Source: Deltaproteobacteria bacterium (GTDB lineage Bacteria; Myxococcota; XYA12-FULL-58-9). From it: a DNA stretch of 17,880 bases. Each line of letters opens with the position of its first letter. The stretch's first letter is position 1. The notes under the pieces were generated by a model. It did not search any database. It had not been told where the DNA came from and was given only the letters and a program-made list of their open reading frames with translations. The stretch lies in NCBI GenBank assembly GCA_041309305.1, contig JBFYZW010000069.1, positions 1 to 17,880 on the forward strand, written 5' to 3'. Positions 1 to 7,916 of the stretch are shown here, piece after piece. The position numbers and the translations under genes are program-made.

Positions 1-742
1 GCTTGCCGCGCGGGCCGCGCAGCAGCAGGCGGACCGGCCGGCCGAGCTCCCAGGCCGCCGAGACGACGAAGCGCACGCTCTGCTCGTTGCGTGGCGCGCC
101 GTGGTCGAAGCGGATCATCAAGGCCGCGAGGTCCTTCTTGGCCCAGTAGAGGCGGTGGTCGGTGTAGCGCATCCGCTCGCAGCTGGCGCGCAGCGCCAGC
201 GGCTGGTGGGGCTGGTAGCGTTTCTCCTTCTTCCACTCGAGGGCGAAGCCGAGCTGTGGTTGGCACAGCCCCTCGCCGAGCTCGCCGATCTCCCACAGCG
301 GCGTCACGGCCATCGCCCCGGGGGCGCGCTTCTTGCTCGGCCGCTTCGGCCACATCTTTTTGTACATGTGGTCGATCGTCCACAACCAGCTCGAGATCGG
401 GTCGAGTGGGATCGGATCGTGCGGCAGCGCCGCCTGGGTGAGGAAGTGTACCTGGACGTTCTGCTTGGGCGTCAACGAGCCGACGTCGAAGATGAGCATG
501 AACACCTCGCCGCGGTGTTCACCGAGTCGACCGCGCGTGACGTCGGAGGCGACCACGCCGACCTCCTTGAAGTCGGCGCTCCAGCCGAAGACCTCGCTGT
601 CGATGCGGTGGGCCGAGAGGTCCTCGCCCGGCTGGGCGACGTCGGCGCGCACCTCGCTCGTGCTGCTCTTGCCGGCCCGGCCGGCCGGCGGCACGGCGCT
701 GAACACGAGGCCGGCGGCGGCCCAGGCGGAGAGGAGGCGCAT
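1..742 (-). CDS. Secreted hypothetical protein, partial (C-terminus runs off the left edge of the window)
   Basis: Minus-strand ATG at 742..740 opens a frame with no stop down to position 1 (hand-translated; not in the ORF track because the stop lies outside the window). N-terminus MRLLSAWAAAGLVFSAVPPAG looks like a signal peptide. Downstream composition is diverse (W, Y, K, F, H), unlike the overlapping R/A/G-rich plus-strand ORFs. No family recognised. Confidence 0.5.
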   Translation of the reverse strand, partial: MRLLSAWAAAGLVFSAVPPAGRAGKSSTSEVRADVAQPGEDLSAHRIDSEVFGWSADFKEVGVVASDVTRGRLGEHRGEVFMLIFDVGSLTPKQNVQVHFLTQAALPHDPIPLDPISSWLWTIDHMYKKMWPKRPSKKRAPGAMAVTPLWEIGELGEGLCQPQLGFALEWKKEKRYQPHQPLALRASCERMRYTDHRLYWAKKDLAALMIRFDHGAPRNEQSVRFVVSAAWELGRPVRLLLRGPRGK

Positions 743-782
743 CGCCCCCGAGCCTAACCGCGTTTCGCCGCCGCTGTCCATT

Positions 783-826
783 TGCCGTTGGACCGGCCGG
801 CCCGGGCAGCTATTCTGCCGTTGAAC
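783..826. promoter_or_regulatory. Direct repeat TGCCGTTG[G/A]ACC x2 (783-794 and 815-826) in a 126-bp divergent intergenic region
   Basis: Two 12-nt copies matching at 11/12 positions, 32 bp start-to-start (about 3 helical turns). They lie between the divergent starts at 742 (-) and 868 (+). Candidate transcription-factor binding sites. Confidence 0.3.
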
Positions 827-867
827 CAACCGCCCCGGTCCGGCGCTATCGGCCGCAGGAGACGACG

Positions 868-1986
868 ATGATCACGACCCGATGGGCTATCTGTTTGGTT
901 TCGCTCTGCTCTTGCGCCGCGAACTACAAGACGGTGGCGGTCGAGAGCGCCCCGCCGCGGCTGGTCGCCGCCCCGGCCGCGGGCAGCAGGATCCAGCTCC
1001 TCTCGCTCAACGACGCGGAGGTGCGCGGCGAGCTCGCCTCGCCCTCCGGCAGCCCGATCGAGGAGAAGATCATCGTCGAGGCCACCGGGCGGCTGTTGGT
1101 CGACGTGCTCGGCGAAGCGGTGCCCAGGGTGCGGGCGCTGGTCCGCGAGCTGGGCGGCAAGCTGGCGCGGGACGAGATCTACAGCGACAGCGGCCGGGCG
1201 ATGTTTGTGCTGCGCCTCCCGCCGGCGCAGGTCGACCCGTTCTTCGACCGCCTCGGCGAGCTCGGCGAGCTAGCCGACCGCAACGTCGTCGCCACCGACG
1301 TGACGCGCCAGTTCAACGACACGACCATTCAGCTGGACAACCTGCACAAGGCGCTGGCTCGCTATCAGGAGATCCTCGCCGCGGCGACCAAGGTCGAGGA
1401 GATGCTCGCGGTCGAGGCGCAGCTCACCCGGGTCAAAGGCGAGATCGAGCGGCTCAAGGGCGAGCTGCAGTTTTTGAGCGACCGGGTCAACCTGTCGACC
1501 ATCACCCTGCACGTCTACCCCAAGGACGCCGGCGCGACCTTCGCGCCGCGGGCCAAGCTCCACCCCGGGTTGCGCTACGGCTTCGCCGGCACCTTCGCGC
1601 GCGGCAAGGAGGCGGCGCTGTGGTACGGGCCGGGGCTGTCGTTGCACTTCTTCCGTCACTTCCACGCCGAGGTCGACCTGCTCAGCGACATCGAGCGCGA
1701 GCCCTGGCGCGCCGACGCGATCGTCGCGACCGTGGGCGGCGAGACCTACAGCGACTTCCTCGGCCGCGGCAAGCGCACCTGGCTGAACCCCTACGTCGGC
1801 GCGCAGCTCGGCTACGCCCGACTCGGCGAGCGGGACTTCTTCGCCATGGGGTTGGCGTTCGGCCTCGAGCTGTACAAGAGCACCTACCTGCTGGTCGATC
1901 TCAACCTGCGCGGCCAGGTGTTGTTCGGCGAGGGGCCGAGCCAGCTGGCGCTGCAGCCGACCCTCGGCGCGAACATCGCCTTCTGA
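868..1986 (+). CDS. Putative lipoprotein, DUF4349-like middle region (coiled coil followed by the STITL motif) with a C-terminal OMP-like beta-rich extension ending in Phe
   Basis: ATG at 868 preceded by AGGAGA (857-862). N-terminus MITTRWAICLVSLCSCAAN carries a lipobox-like L-C-S-C. The segment EEMLAVEAQLTRVKGEIERLKGELQFLSDRVNLSTITLHV resembles the conserved DUF4349 core. The Gly/aromatic-rich C-terminal ~170 aa with alternating hydrophobics ends ...GANIAF, a C-terminal aromatic typical of OM beta-barrels. Confidence 0.6.
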   Translation: MITTRWAICLVSLCSCAANYKTVAVESAPPRLVAAPAAGSRIQLLSLNDAEVRGELASPSGSPIEEKIIVEATGRLLVDVLGEAVPRVRALVRELGGKLARDEIYSDSGRAMFVLRLPPAQVDPFFDRLGELGELADRNVVATDVTRQFNDTTIQLDNLHKALARYQEILAAATKVEEMLAVEAQLTRVKGEIERLKGELQFLSDRVNLSTITLHVYPKDAGATFAPRAKLHPGLRYGFAGTFARGKEAALWYGPGLSLHFFRHFHAEVDLLSDIEREPWRADAIVATVGGETYSDFLGRGKRTWLNPYVGAQLGYARLGERDFFAMGLAFGLELYKSTYLLVDLNLRGQVLFGEGPSQLALQPTLGANIAF

Positions 1987-1987
1987 G

Positions 1988-3121
1988 TTACCGGCTCGTC
2001 TCGCCGTCGACCGCGTCGCCGAAGGCGGCCAGCTCGTGCGGCGTGGCGCGGTCGGGTTGGGCGACGAACACCGGGCCGCCGAGCAGGTACCAGGCGAGCT
2101 GGGTGAGGCCGAGCAGGAGCGAGGTCGGCACCGATCGCTCTGGCGCGACGCCGACGAGCGCGAAGAAGTAGGCGAAGGCGCCCTCGCGCATTCCCCAGCC
2201 GCCGGGCAATAGCGGCACCGACGCGGCGAGGAAGCACAGCGGCGTGACCGCGAAGTAGTGGCTGAGCGGGTTGTCGATGCCGAGCGCCCGGCCGATCATG
2301 TAGGTCTGCCAGATGATGCCAGCGTGGTTGGCGACCGAGAGCAGCACCGCGATCGCCACCGTCCCGGGGGCGTCGCGGTAGACTGTGATCGCCTGGTCGA
2401 CGCGCTGCCAGAAGCGGCTGAACGGCAGGCGGGCGAGCAGCGCCTCGACGCGCAGCAGGCGGCGCAGGCGGCGGGAGAGCAGCACGCAGCCGATGAGCGT
2501 GCCGGCGCCGAAGACGGCGTAGACCATCCCGGCGACCGGCGCGAAGCCCGGCTCGTCGAGCAGCCCGGTGACGATCAGCGCCCCGAGCAGCGCCAGGCCG
2601 AACAGCCCGACGAAGCGGTCGATGAACACCGAGAGGAACATCTTGTACGGCGCGCGCGAGCCGCGGGCGACGTAGAAGGCCTTGACCAGGTCTCCGCCGG
2701 TCAGCCCCGGAGCGACGGCGTTGAAGAAGAAGCCGATGTAGGTGAGCCGCAGCGCGTCGGCGAACGAGATCGGCAGCGCGATGGCGCGCAACAGCAGCCA
2801 CCAGCGCACGATCGAGATCAGGGTGATCGGCCCGAAGATGAGCAGCGCCCAGAGCAGAAGCGCCTGATCGGCGCCACGCACGGTCGAGAGGACGCCGCGC
2901 TCGACCGTCGGGCTGCCGGGCTGCCCGCGGGTGAAGCGCTCGGGCGCGGCCGCGCCGCTGGCGCGGAACTCGACCTCGGCGGCGGAGATCGCGACGATCT
3001 CGCCGGTGAGCAGGCGCCCGTCGGGGAAGCTCAGCTGATCGCGGTATTGGATCCGGGTGAGGACGAAGACCGCGAGCGCGACGCCGAGCAGTCGGAGCAG
3101 GAGACGGACGGCGCGCTTCAC
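1988..3121 (-). CDS. UPF0104 / lysylphosphatidylglycerol-synthase-TM-like (flippase-like) integral membrane protein
   Basis: 377 aa with multiple TM helices. Duplicated hallmark motifs NAVAPGLTGGDLVKAFY and LLPGGWGMREGAF (P-G-G-x-E/D pattern of PF03706 / MprF N-terminal domain relatives). ATG at 3121. Confidence 0.75.
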   Translation of the reverse strand: MKRAVRLLLRLLGVALAVFVLTRIQYRDQLSFPDGRLLTGEIVAISAAEVEFRASGAAAPERFTRGQPGSPTVERGVLSTVRGADQALLLWALLIFGPITLISIVRWWLLLRAIALPISFADALRLTYIGFFFNAVAPGLTGGDLVKAFYVARGSRAPYKMFLSVFIDRFVGLFGLALLGALIVTGLLDEPGFAPVAGMVYAVFGAGTLIGCVLLSRRLRRLLRVEALLARLPFSRFWQRVDQAITVYRDAPGTVAIAVLLSVANHAGIIWQTYMIGRALGIDNPLSHYFAVTPLCFLAASVPLLPGGWGMREGAFAYFFALVGVAPERSVPTSLLLGLTQLAWYLLGGPVFVAQPDRATPHELAAFGDAVDGETSR

Positions 3122-3217
3122 CTCTCAGTCATAATGCAAAACCGCGCCGGCGGCCAAGCGAAGGTTGGGCGAACGGGCCGACACCTGGTATCGTCCCCGG
3201 TGCGGGAGGTCCCCAAG

Positions 3218-3961
3218 GTGCGCTGGCGCGTCGTTGCAACCCTCACGGCTGTTGGCGCGCTCGCGGCGGGCTGCCTCGAGCGTAGCCCGACGCGGGAGAG
3301 CTGCAGCGGCGATCCGTCCGGGGGTGACCCCGCCGGCGCGGTGGCGGTGCAGCCGGCCTCCTCCTCGGCCAAGTTCGAGGACGCGCAGGTCGTCTCGTGG
3401 TCGCAGGGGGTGCTCGAGGCCAACGCCGCGCGGTTGCTGCTCGTCGTCTGCAACACCGACGCGGCCTCGATCCACCCGGCCGCGGTGACTGCCGGCGGTG
3501 CGCCGCTCGAGCTCGTCGTCGCGCAGGACGCGCCGAGCTTCGGCGCCCTCTCGGTCTGGATGCTGCCCGGAGTGGCGACGGGGAGCTACCTCATCGAGGC
3601 GGTCTACCCCTCCCCGGTGCCCGGGCTGGCCCGCTCGCTCGTTCTGGAGCAGGTGGCGGCCGAGGTTCCGGTGCAGCTCTTCGTCGGCGGCTCCCACGCC
3701 GGCGGCGGCGCGTTCTCCGTCGGCAGCCGGGCGGGGGATCTGCCGCTGGCGCTGGTCTCCTGGGGCAACAACCAATCGACGAGTTGGCTCGGCGGCGAGC
3801 TGGAGCTGTGGGACGACACCGACCCGGGGCCGGCGAACTCGCTCGGCGGCGCCGCGGCGACCCTGCCCGGCGCGCCGGTGGTCGACTTCGCCTGGCAGAC
3901 GACCTCGGGCTCCTCGACCACTGGCGCGCACCTCGGCCTCAACGTGCGCAGGGCGCCCTGA
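3218..3961 (+). CDS. Hypothetical lipoprotein
   Basis: GTG at 3218 preceded by GGGAGG (3204-3209). N-terminus VRWRVVATLTAVGALAAGC has the LAAGC lipobox. The upstream in-frame part of track ORF 2258..3961 is a low-complexity antisense artefact over the UPF0104 gene. TGA stop at 3959-3961 shares one nucleotide with the next ATG (TGATG). Confidence 0.6.
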   Translation: MRWRVVATLTAVGALAAGCLERSPTRESCSGDPSGGDPAGAVAVQPASSSAKFEDAQVVSWSQGVLEANAARLLLVVCNTDAASIHPAAVTAGGAPLELVVAQDAPSFGALSVWMLPGVATGSYLIEAVYPSPVPGLARSLVLEQVAAEVPVQLFVGGSHAGGGAFSVGSRAGDLPLALVSWGNNQSTSWLGGELELWDDTDPGPANSLGGAAATLPGAPVVDFAWQTTSGSSTTGAHLGLNVRRAP

Positions 3962-4473
3962 TGAGCGGCGCGCCGCTCGATGCGCTGGTGGTCTTCGGTT
4001 GTCGGGTGATCGACGGCCGTCCGTCGCCGGCGTTGGTGCGGCGCCTCGTGCGCGCCGCGGCGGCGGCCGGCGAGTATCCGGCGGCGGTGCTCGTCTTGTC
4101 GGGGGGCGACGCGCATGGCGTCGCCGAGGCCGAGGTGATGCGCGACGATCTGGTCGCCCGGGGTGTGGCGCCGGCGCGGCTGCGCTGCGAGCGGCAGGCG
4201 CGCTCCACCGCGGAGAACGCCGCGCGGGTCGTGCCCATCCTCGCCGAGCTCGGCGCGCGGCGGATCGGCTTGGTCACCGATCCCTATCACGTGCGCCGCA
4301 GCGCCGTGCTCCTGCGCGCCGCGGCGCGCCGGGCTGGACTCGGCGGGCTCACGGTCGTGCCGCTGCCGGCGGTCGAGAGCAAGTCGACGTTGGCCCGGCT
4401 CGGCTTGTGGATTGAGGAGAGCGTGAAGCTGGCGGTGTCGCTGGTGCGCGGGCCGCCTACAACCTCTGCTTGA
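3961..4473 (+). CDS. DUF218 / YdcF-ElyC-SanA family protein
   Basis: [16 protein letters not shown]...[44 protein letters not shown] matches the DUF218 core (SGG ... EA..M ... GV ... E..S.sT.ENA). ATG at 3961 overlaps the upstream stop, indicating translational coupling. Confidence 0.75.
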   Translation: MSGAPLDALVVFGCRVIDGRPSPALVRRLVRAAAAAGEYPAAVLVLSGGDAHGVAEAEVMRDDLVARGVAPARLRCERQARSTAENAARVVPILAELGARRIGLVTDPYHVRRSAVLLRAAARRAGLGGLTVVPLPAVESKSTLARLGLWIEESVKLAVSLVRGPPTTSA

Positions 4474-5494
4474 GGTAGAAGTCGACCATCTCGGCCTTGC
4501 TGCGCGCCTTGATCTTGCTCGCCTGCCCGGCCTGGCCGAAGGCGATCATCCGCTCCTTGCACACCTGCTTCATCGCCTCGCGCGCCGGCTTCATGTAGTC
4601 GCGCGGGTCGAACTTCTCCGGCGTCTCGGCGAGGACCTTGCGGATCGCGCCGGTGATCGCCAGCCGGTTGTCGGTGTCGACGTTGATCTTGCGTACGCCG
4701 TGCTTGATGCCCCGCTGGATCTGCTCGAGCGGCACGCCGAAGGTCGGCTTCAGTTTGCCGCCGTACTTGTTGATCACGTCCTGCAGCTCTTGCGGCACCG
4801 ACGACGAGCCGTGCATCACCAGGTGGGTGTTGGGCAGACGCTTGTGGATCTGTTCGATCACGCTCATCACCAGCACGTCGCCGGTGGGCTTCTTCGAGAA
4901 CTTGTAGGCGCCGTGCGAGGTGCCGATTGCCACCGCCAGCGCGTCGACCTTGGTGTCGGCGACGAACTGCTCGGCCTGCGCCGGATCGGTCAGGTGCTCC
5001 TTGGCCTGGTCGGCCGAGAGGCCGGCGCCGTGGCCGTCCTCGATGCCGCCGAGCGTGCCGAGCTCGCCCTCGACGGTGACGCCAAAGGCGTGGGCGACGT
5101 CGACCACCTCGCGCGTGACCTTGACGTTGTAGTCGTAGCTCGAGGGGGTCTTGCCGTCAGCCTCGAGCGAGCCGTCCATCATCACCGAGGTGAAGCCCTG
5201 CTCGATGGCCGAGAAGCAGGTCTGCGGGCTGTTGCCGTGGTCCTGGTGCATCGCGATCGGCAAACGCGGGTGCAGCTCGGCGGCGGCGAGCATCAGGTGC
5301 TTGAGGTAGGCGTCGTTGGTGAACTGGCGTGCGCCGCGCGACGCCTGGATGATCACCGGCGAGTCGGTCTCCTCGGCCGCCGCCATGATCGCCTGGATCT
5401 GCTCCATGTTGTTGACGTTCAGCGCCGCCACGCCGTAGCCGTTCTCGGCCGCGTGATCGAGCAGGACGCGCATCGGGATGAGAGGCATGGGCAA
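4457..5494 (-). CDS. fba: Fructose-1,6-bisphosphate aldolase, class II (cyanobacterial/CbbA-like subtype)
   Basis: 345 aa, near-collinear with class II FBAs: [30 protein letters not shown]..., [63 protein letters not shown] on the minus strand at 5501-5506, before ATG 5494. Confidence 0.96.
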   Translation of the reverse strand: MPMPLIPMRVLLDHAAENGYGVAALNVNNMEQIQAIMAAAEETDSPVIIQASRGARQFTNDAYLKHLMLAAAELHPRLPIAMHQDHGNSPQTCFSAIEQGFTSVMMDGSLEADGKTPSSYDYNVKVTREVVDVAHAFGVTVEGELGTLGGIEDGHGAGLSADQAKEHLTDPAQAEQFVADTKVDALAVAIGTSHGAYKFSKKPTGDVLVMSVIEQIHKRLPNTHLVMHGSSSVPQELQDVINKYGGKLKPTFGVPLEQIQRGIKHGVRKINVDTDNRLAITGAIRKVLAETPEKFDPRDYMKPAREAMKQVCKERMIAFGQAGQASKIKARSKAEMVDFYLKQRL

Positions 5495-5603
5495 CTCCTT
5501 CTGGCTGAGTCGTCAGGGGTCTTTGGTGGGGCTCAATGTACGACTCCGGGGCGGTCAGGGGAAGGCCTTGCCGGGGCGCGGCCGCGCGTGGTACGCGGTG
5601 GGG

Positions 5604-5954
5604 ATGCTGCAGCGCAAGGAGACGCCGGTCTGGGATCGCCGCCGGTTCGTCCGCCGGCAGTTCATCCAGACCGTCGATGTGCGCTCGTCGACGCGGCCGC
5701 CGCTGAGCGGGCGGAGCCGCGACCTCAGCCTCGGCGGCATCCGCCTGACCTTGACGCAGCCGCTCAGCCCCGGCGAGCAGGTCAACGTCGGGTTGTCGTT
5801 CCCGAGCGAGCTGCGCGTCGCCTTCGACGCCGAGGTGCGCAACATCGACCATGACGCGCCGGCCGAGGCGTACGTCGCCGGGCTGCGCTGGCTGTCACCG
5901 GCGGAGGAGGACGTGGAGATCTTGCGCTACCTGCTCGAGGACAGCGCCGCCTGA
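5604..5954 (+). CDS. PilZ-domain protein (putative c-di-GMP receptor)
   Basis: RRRFVRRQF (RxxxR-type) and DLSLGGIRL (D-x-S-x-G-G) PilZ signature motifs, about 116 aa. The first in-frame ATG not overlapping the divergent fba start is 5604. Track ORF start 5478 would overlap fba. Confidence 0.65.
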   Translation: MLQRKETPVWDRRRFVRRQFIQTVDVRSSTRPPLSGRSRDLSLGGIRLTLTQPLSPGEQVNVGLSFPSELRVAFDAEVRNIDHDAPAEAYVAGLRWLSPAEEDVEILRYLLEDSAA

Positions 5955-5973
5955 GCGTCGGAACGCGCCCGTG

Positions 5974-6180
5974 CTAGGACACCGGGCGGACGGCCTGCGC
6001 GTGCGGGCCGTGGGCGCCGGGGATGCTCTCGAACTCGACCAGCTGCCCTTCGTGCAGCGTGCGCTCGCCGTCGTGATCGAGCGCGCTGGCGCGCACCAGC
6101 ACGTCGTCGCCGCCGTCGAGCGGCGCGATCATGCCGAAGCCCTTGCGTGGGTTGAACCACTTCACCGTGCCGGTCGCCAT
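5974..6180 (-). CDS. cspA: Cold-shock protein, CspA family
   Basis: MATGTVKWFNPRKGFGMI... (RNP1-like KGFGFI motif), 68 aa. ATG at 6180 with GGAGGG 8 nt upstream on the minus strand. The track ORF extends to 6234 but the conserved N-terminus begins at M(6180). Confidence 0.9.
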   Translation of the reverse strand: MATGTVKWFNPRKGFGMIAPLDGGDDVLVRASALDHDGERTLHEGQLVEFESIPGAHGPHAQAVRPVS

Positions 6181-6275
6181 GCCTGTCAGCCCTCCGAGCC
6201 GCCCGTCGAGCAACGGGCAGCGTGACGATCGCACGGCCGATCGGTCGGTTCAAGGGCCAACTGCCCGGCTCGGTG

Positions 6276-7889
6276 TCAGCGCTGCTGCTGCGGCGGCGGC
6301 GGAGCCTTCGGCGTCGGCTTGGGCGGCTGCCACGAGCCGGTGCCGGTCTGGCCGTTGCCCTCGGGCGTGGCGATCTGCCCCAGGTACCCGGGCAGCTCGA
6401 CGCCGGCCATCTGCGCGACGTCGTGGATCGGCGGCAGGCTCTTGATCAGCGACGAGACGAAGTTCGCGGTCGACGAGCCGGTGCCGGCGGCGGCGGCGCT
6501 GTCCCAGACGGTGACCTTGTCGATCTTGAGGTTCTGGATCGCCTCGACCTGACGGGCGACGATCGCCTCGATCTTCTCGACCATCAGCAAGGTCGCCGCG
6601 GCGCGGGCGTCGCCGGCGCAGCTCTGCACCAGCGACTGGTAGCCGTGCGCCTTGGCCTCGAGCACCTGCTTGATGCCCTTGGCCTCGGCCTCGTACTTCA
6701 TCAGGATCGCGTCCGCCGCGCCGGCGGCGACGCGCCGTTGGCGCTCGGCCTCGGCGGCGGCGTCGATCTCGATCTTCTTCTTGTCGATCTCCTTGCGCAC
6801 CACCTCGGCGGCGTTGAGCCGCTCCTGCTCGGCGCGGGCCTGCGCCTTCTGGATCTCGACCTCGGCCTCGCGCTTGGCCACCTCGGCGCGGCGGGCGGCG
6901 TCGGCCTGTTTGACCGCGAGGACGGCGTTATAGTCGGCGACGCTGGCGCGCGACTCGTTCTCGCCCTTGATCGCCAGCGACTCCTGGTTCCAGACGTAGA
7001 CCCGCTGGTCGGCCTCGGCCGCCTTCTTGCCCTTCTCCGCCGCGGCCAGGTTCTCGGCGACGCGGATCTCCTGGGTCTTGGTCGCCTCGGCCTCGCCGAT
7101 GCGGGCCCCGGACTCCTGCTGCTGGACGAAGATGCGCCGGTCGGCCTCGGCCGCCTTCTTGCCCTTCTCACCCTGGGCGACGTTCTCGGCGACCTTGATC
7201 TCCATCTCGCGCACCGCCGAGGCCTGGCCGATCTCGCCGAGCTTCATCTGCTCGGCGACGTCGATCTTGGCCTTGTTGATCGCCTCGGCCGCCGCCTTCT
7301 TGCCGATCGACTCGATGTAGGTCGACTCGTCGGTGATGTCGGTGATGTTGACGTTGATCAGGTTCAGGCCGATCTTGTTCAGCTCCGGCTCGACGTTCTT
7401 GCGGATGGCGGCGAGGAACGACTCGCGGTCCTGGTTGATCTGCTCGATGGTCAGCGACGCGACGGTGAGGCGCAGCTGGCCGAAGATGATCTCGCGGGCC
7501 ATGCTCTCGATCTCGCCGACCGTGAGCTCCAGCAGGCGCTCGGCGGCGTTCTGCATCACCCCGGGCTCGGGGCTGATGCCGACGGTGAAGGTCGAGGGGA
7601 CGTTGATGCGGATGTTCTGCAGCGACAGGGCGTTCTGCAGCGGGATGGGGATGGTGATCGGCGTCAGCGACATGTAGCGGTAGTCTTGGATGAGCGGCAG
7701 AACCAAGACGCCACCGCCGTGGATGCAGCGCGCCGCCTGACCGCCGGAGACCTTGCCGAAGACGACCAGGATCTTGTCCGACGGGCAGCGCTTGTAGCGG
7801 CTGGCCAGGTAGAGGAGCATGAAGACGACGAAGATGACCGCCGCGCCGATGGCGACGATCCAGATCGACGTGACCTCTCTCGACAGCAT
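6276..7889 (-). CDS. floT: Flotillin-like protein (SPFH/band-7 domain, FloT/YuaG-like)
   Basis: 537 aa. An N-terminal TM helix is followed by an SPFH domain, a long Ala/Glu/Lys-rich coiled-coil (EA repeats) and a Pro-rich tail. RBS AAAGGA 5-6 nt before ATG 7889, 27 nt after the nfeD stop. Confidence 0.9.
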   Translation of the reverse strand: MLSREVTSIWIVAIGAAVIFVVFMLLYLASRYKRCPSDKILVVFGKVSGGQAARCIHGGGVLVLPLIQDYRYMSLTPITIPIPLQNALSLQNIRINVPSTFTVGISPEPGVMQNAAERLLELTVGEIESMAREIIFGQLRLTVASLTIEQINQDRESFLAAIRKNVEPELNKIGLNLINVNITDITDESTYIESIGKKAAAEAINKAKIDVAEQMKLGEIGQASAVREMEIKVAENVAQGEKGKKAAEADRRIFVQQQESGARIGEAEATKTQEIRVAENLAAAEKGKKAAEADQRVYVWNQESLAIKGENESRASVADYNAVLAVKQADAARRAEVAKREAEVEIQKAQARAEQERLNAAEVVRKEIDKKKIEIDAAAEAERQRRVAAGAADAILMKYEAEAKGIKQVLEAKAHGYQSLVQSCAGDARAAATLLMVEKIEAIVARQVEAIQNLKIDKVTVWDSAAAAGTGSSTANFVSSLIKSLPPIHDVAQMAGVELPGYLGQIATPEGNGQTGTGSWQPPKPTPKAPPPPQQQR

Positions 7890-7916
7890 GGCTCGTCCTT
7901 TCTGTGGCGACCGTGT

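Noticed and set aside
1-824. Plus-strand ORFs 91..441, 101..757, 333..824
   Set aside because: Low-complexity frames. The minus-strand frame from ATG 742 gives a signal peptide and normal amino-acid composition, so it is preferred.
2258-3217. N-terminal 320 codons of track ORF 2258..3961 (+)
   Set aside because: Low-complexity Asp/Glu/Arg/Ala-rich translation lying antisense to the well-supported UPF0104 membrane protein gene. Only the 3218..3961 part, with RBS, GTG start and lipoprotein signal, looks real.
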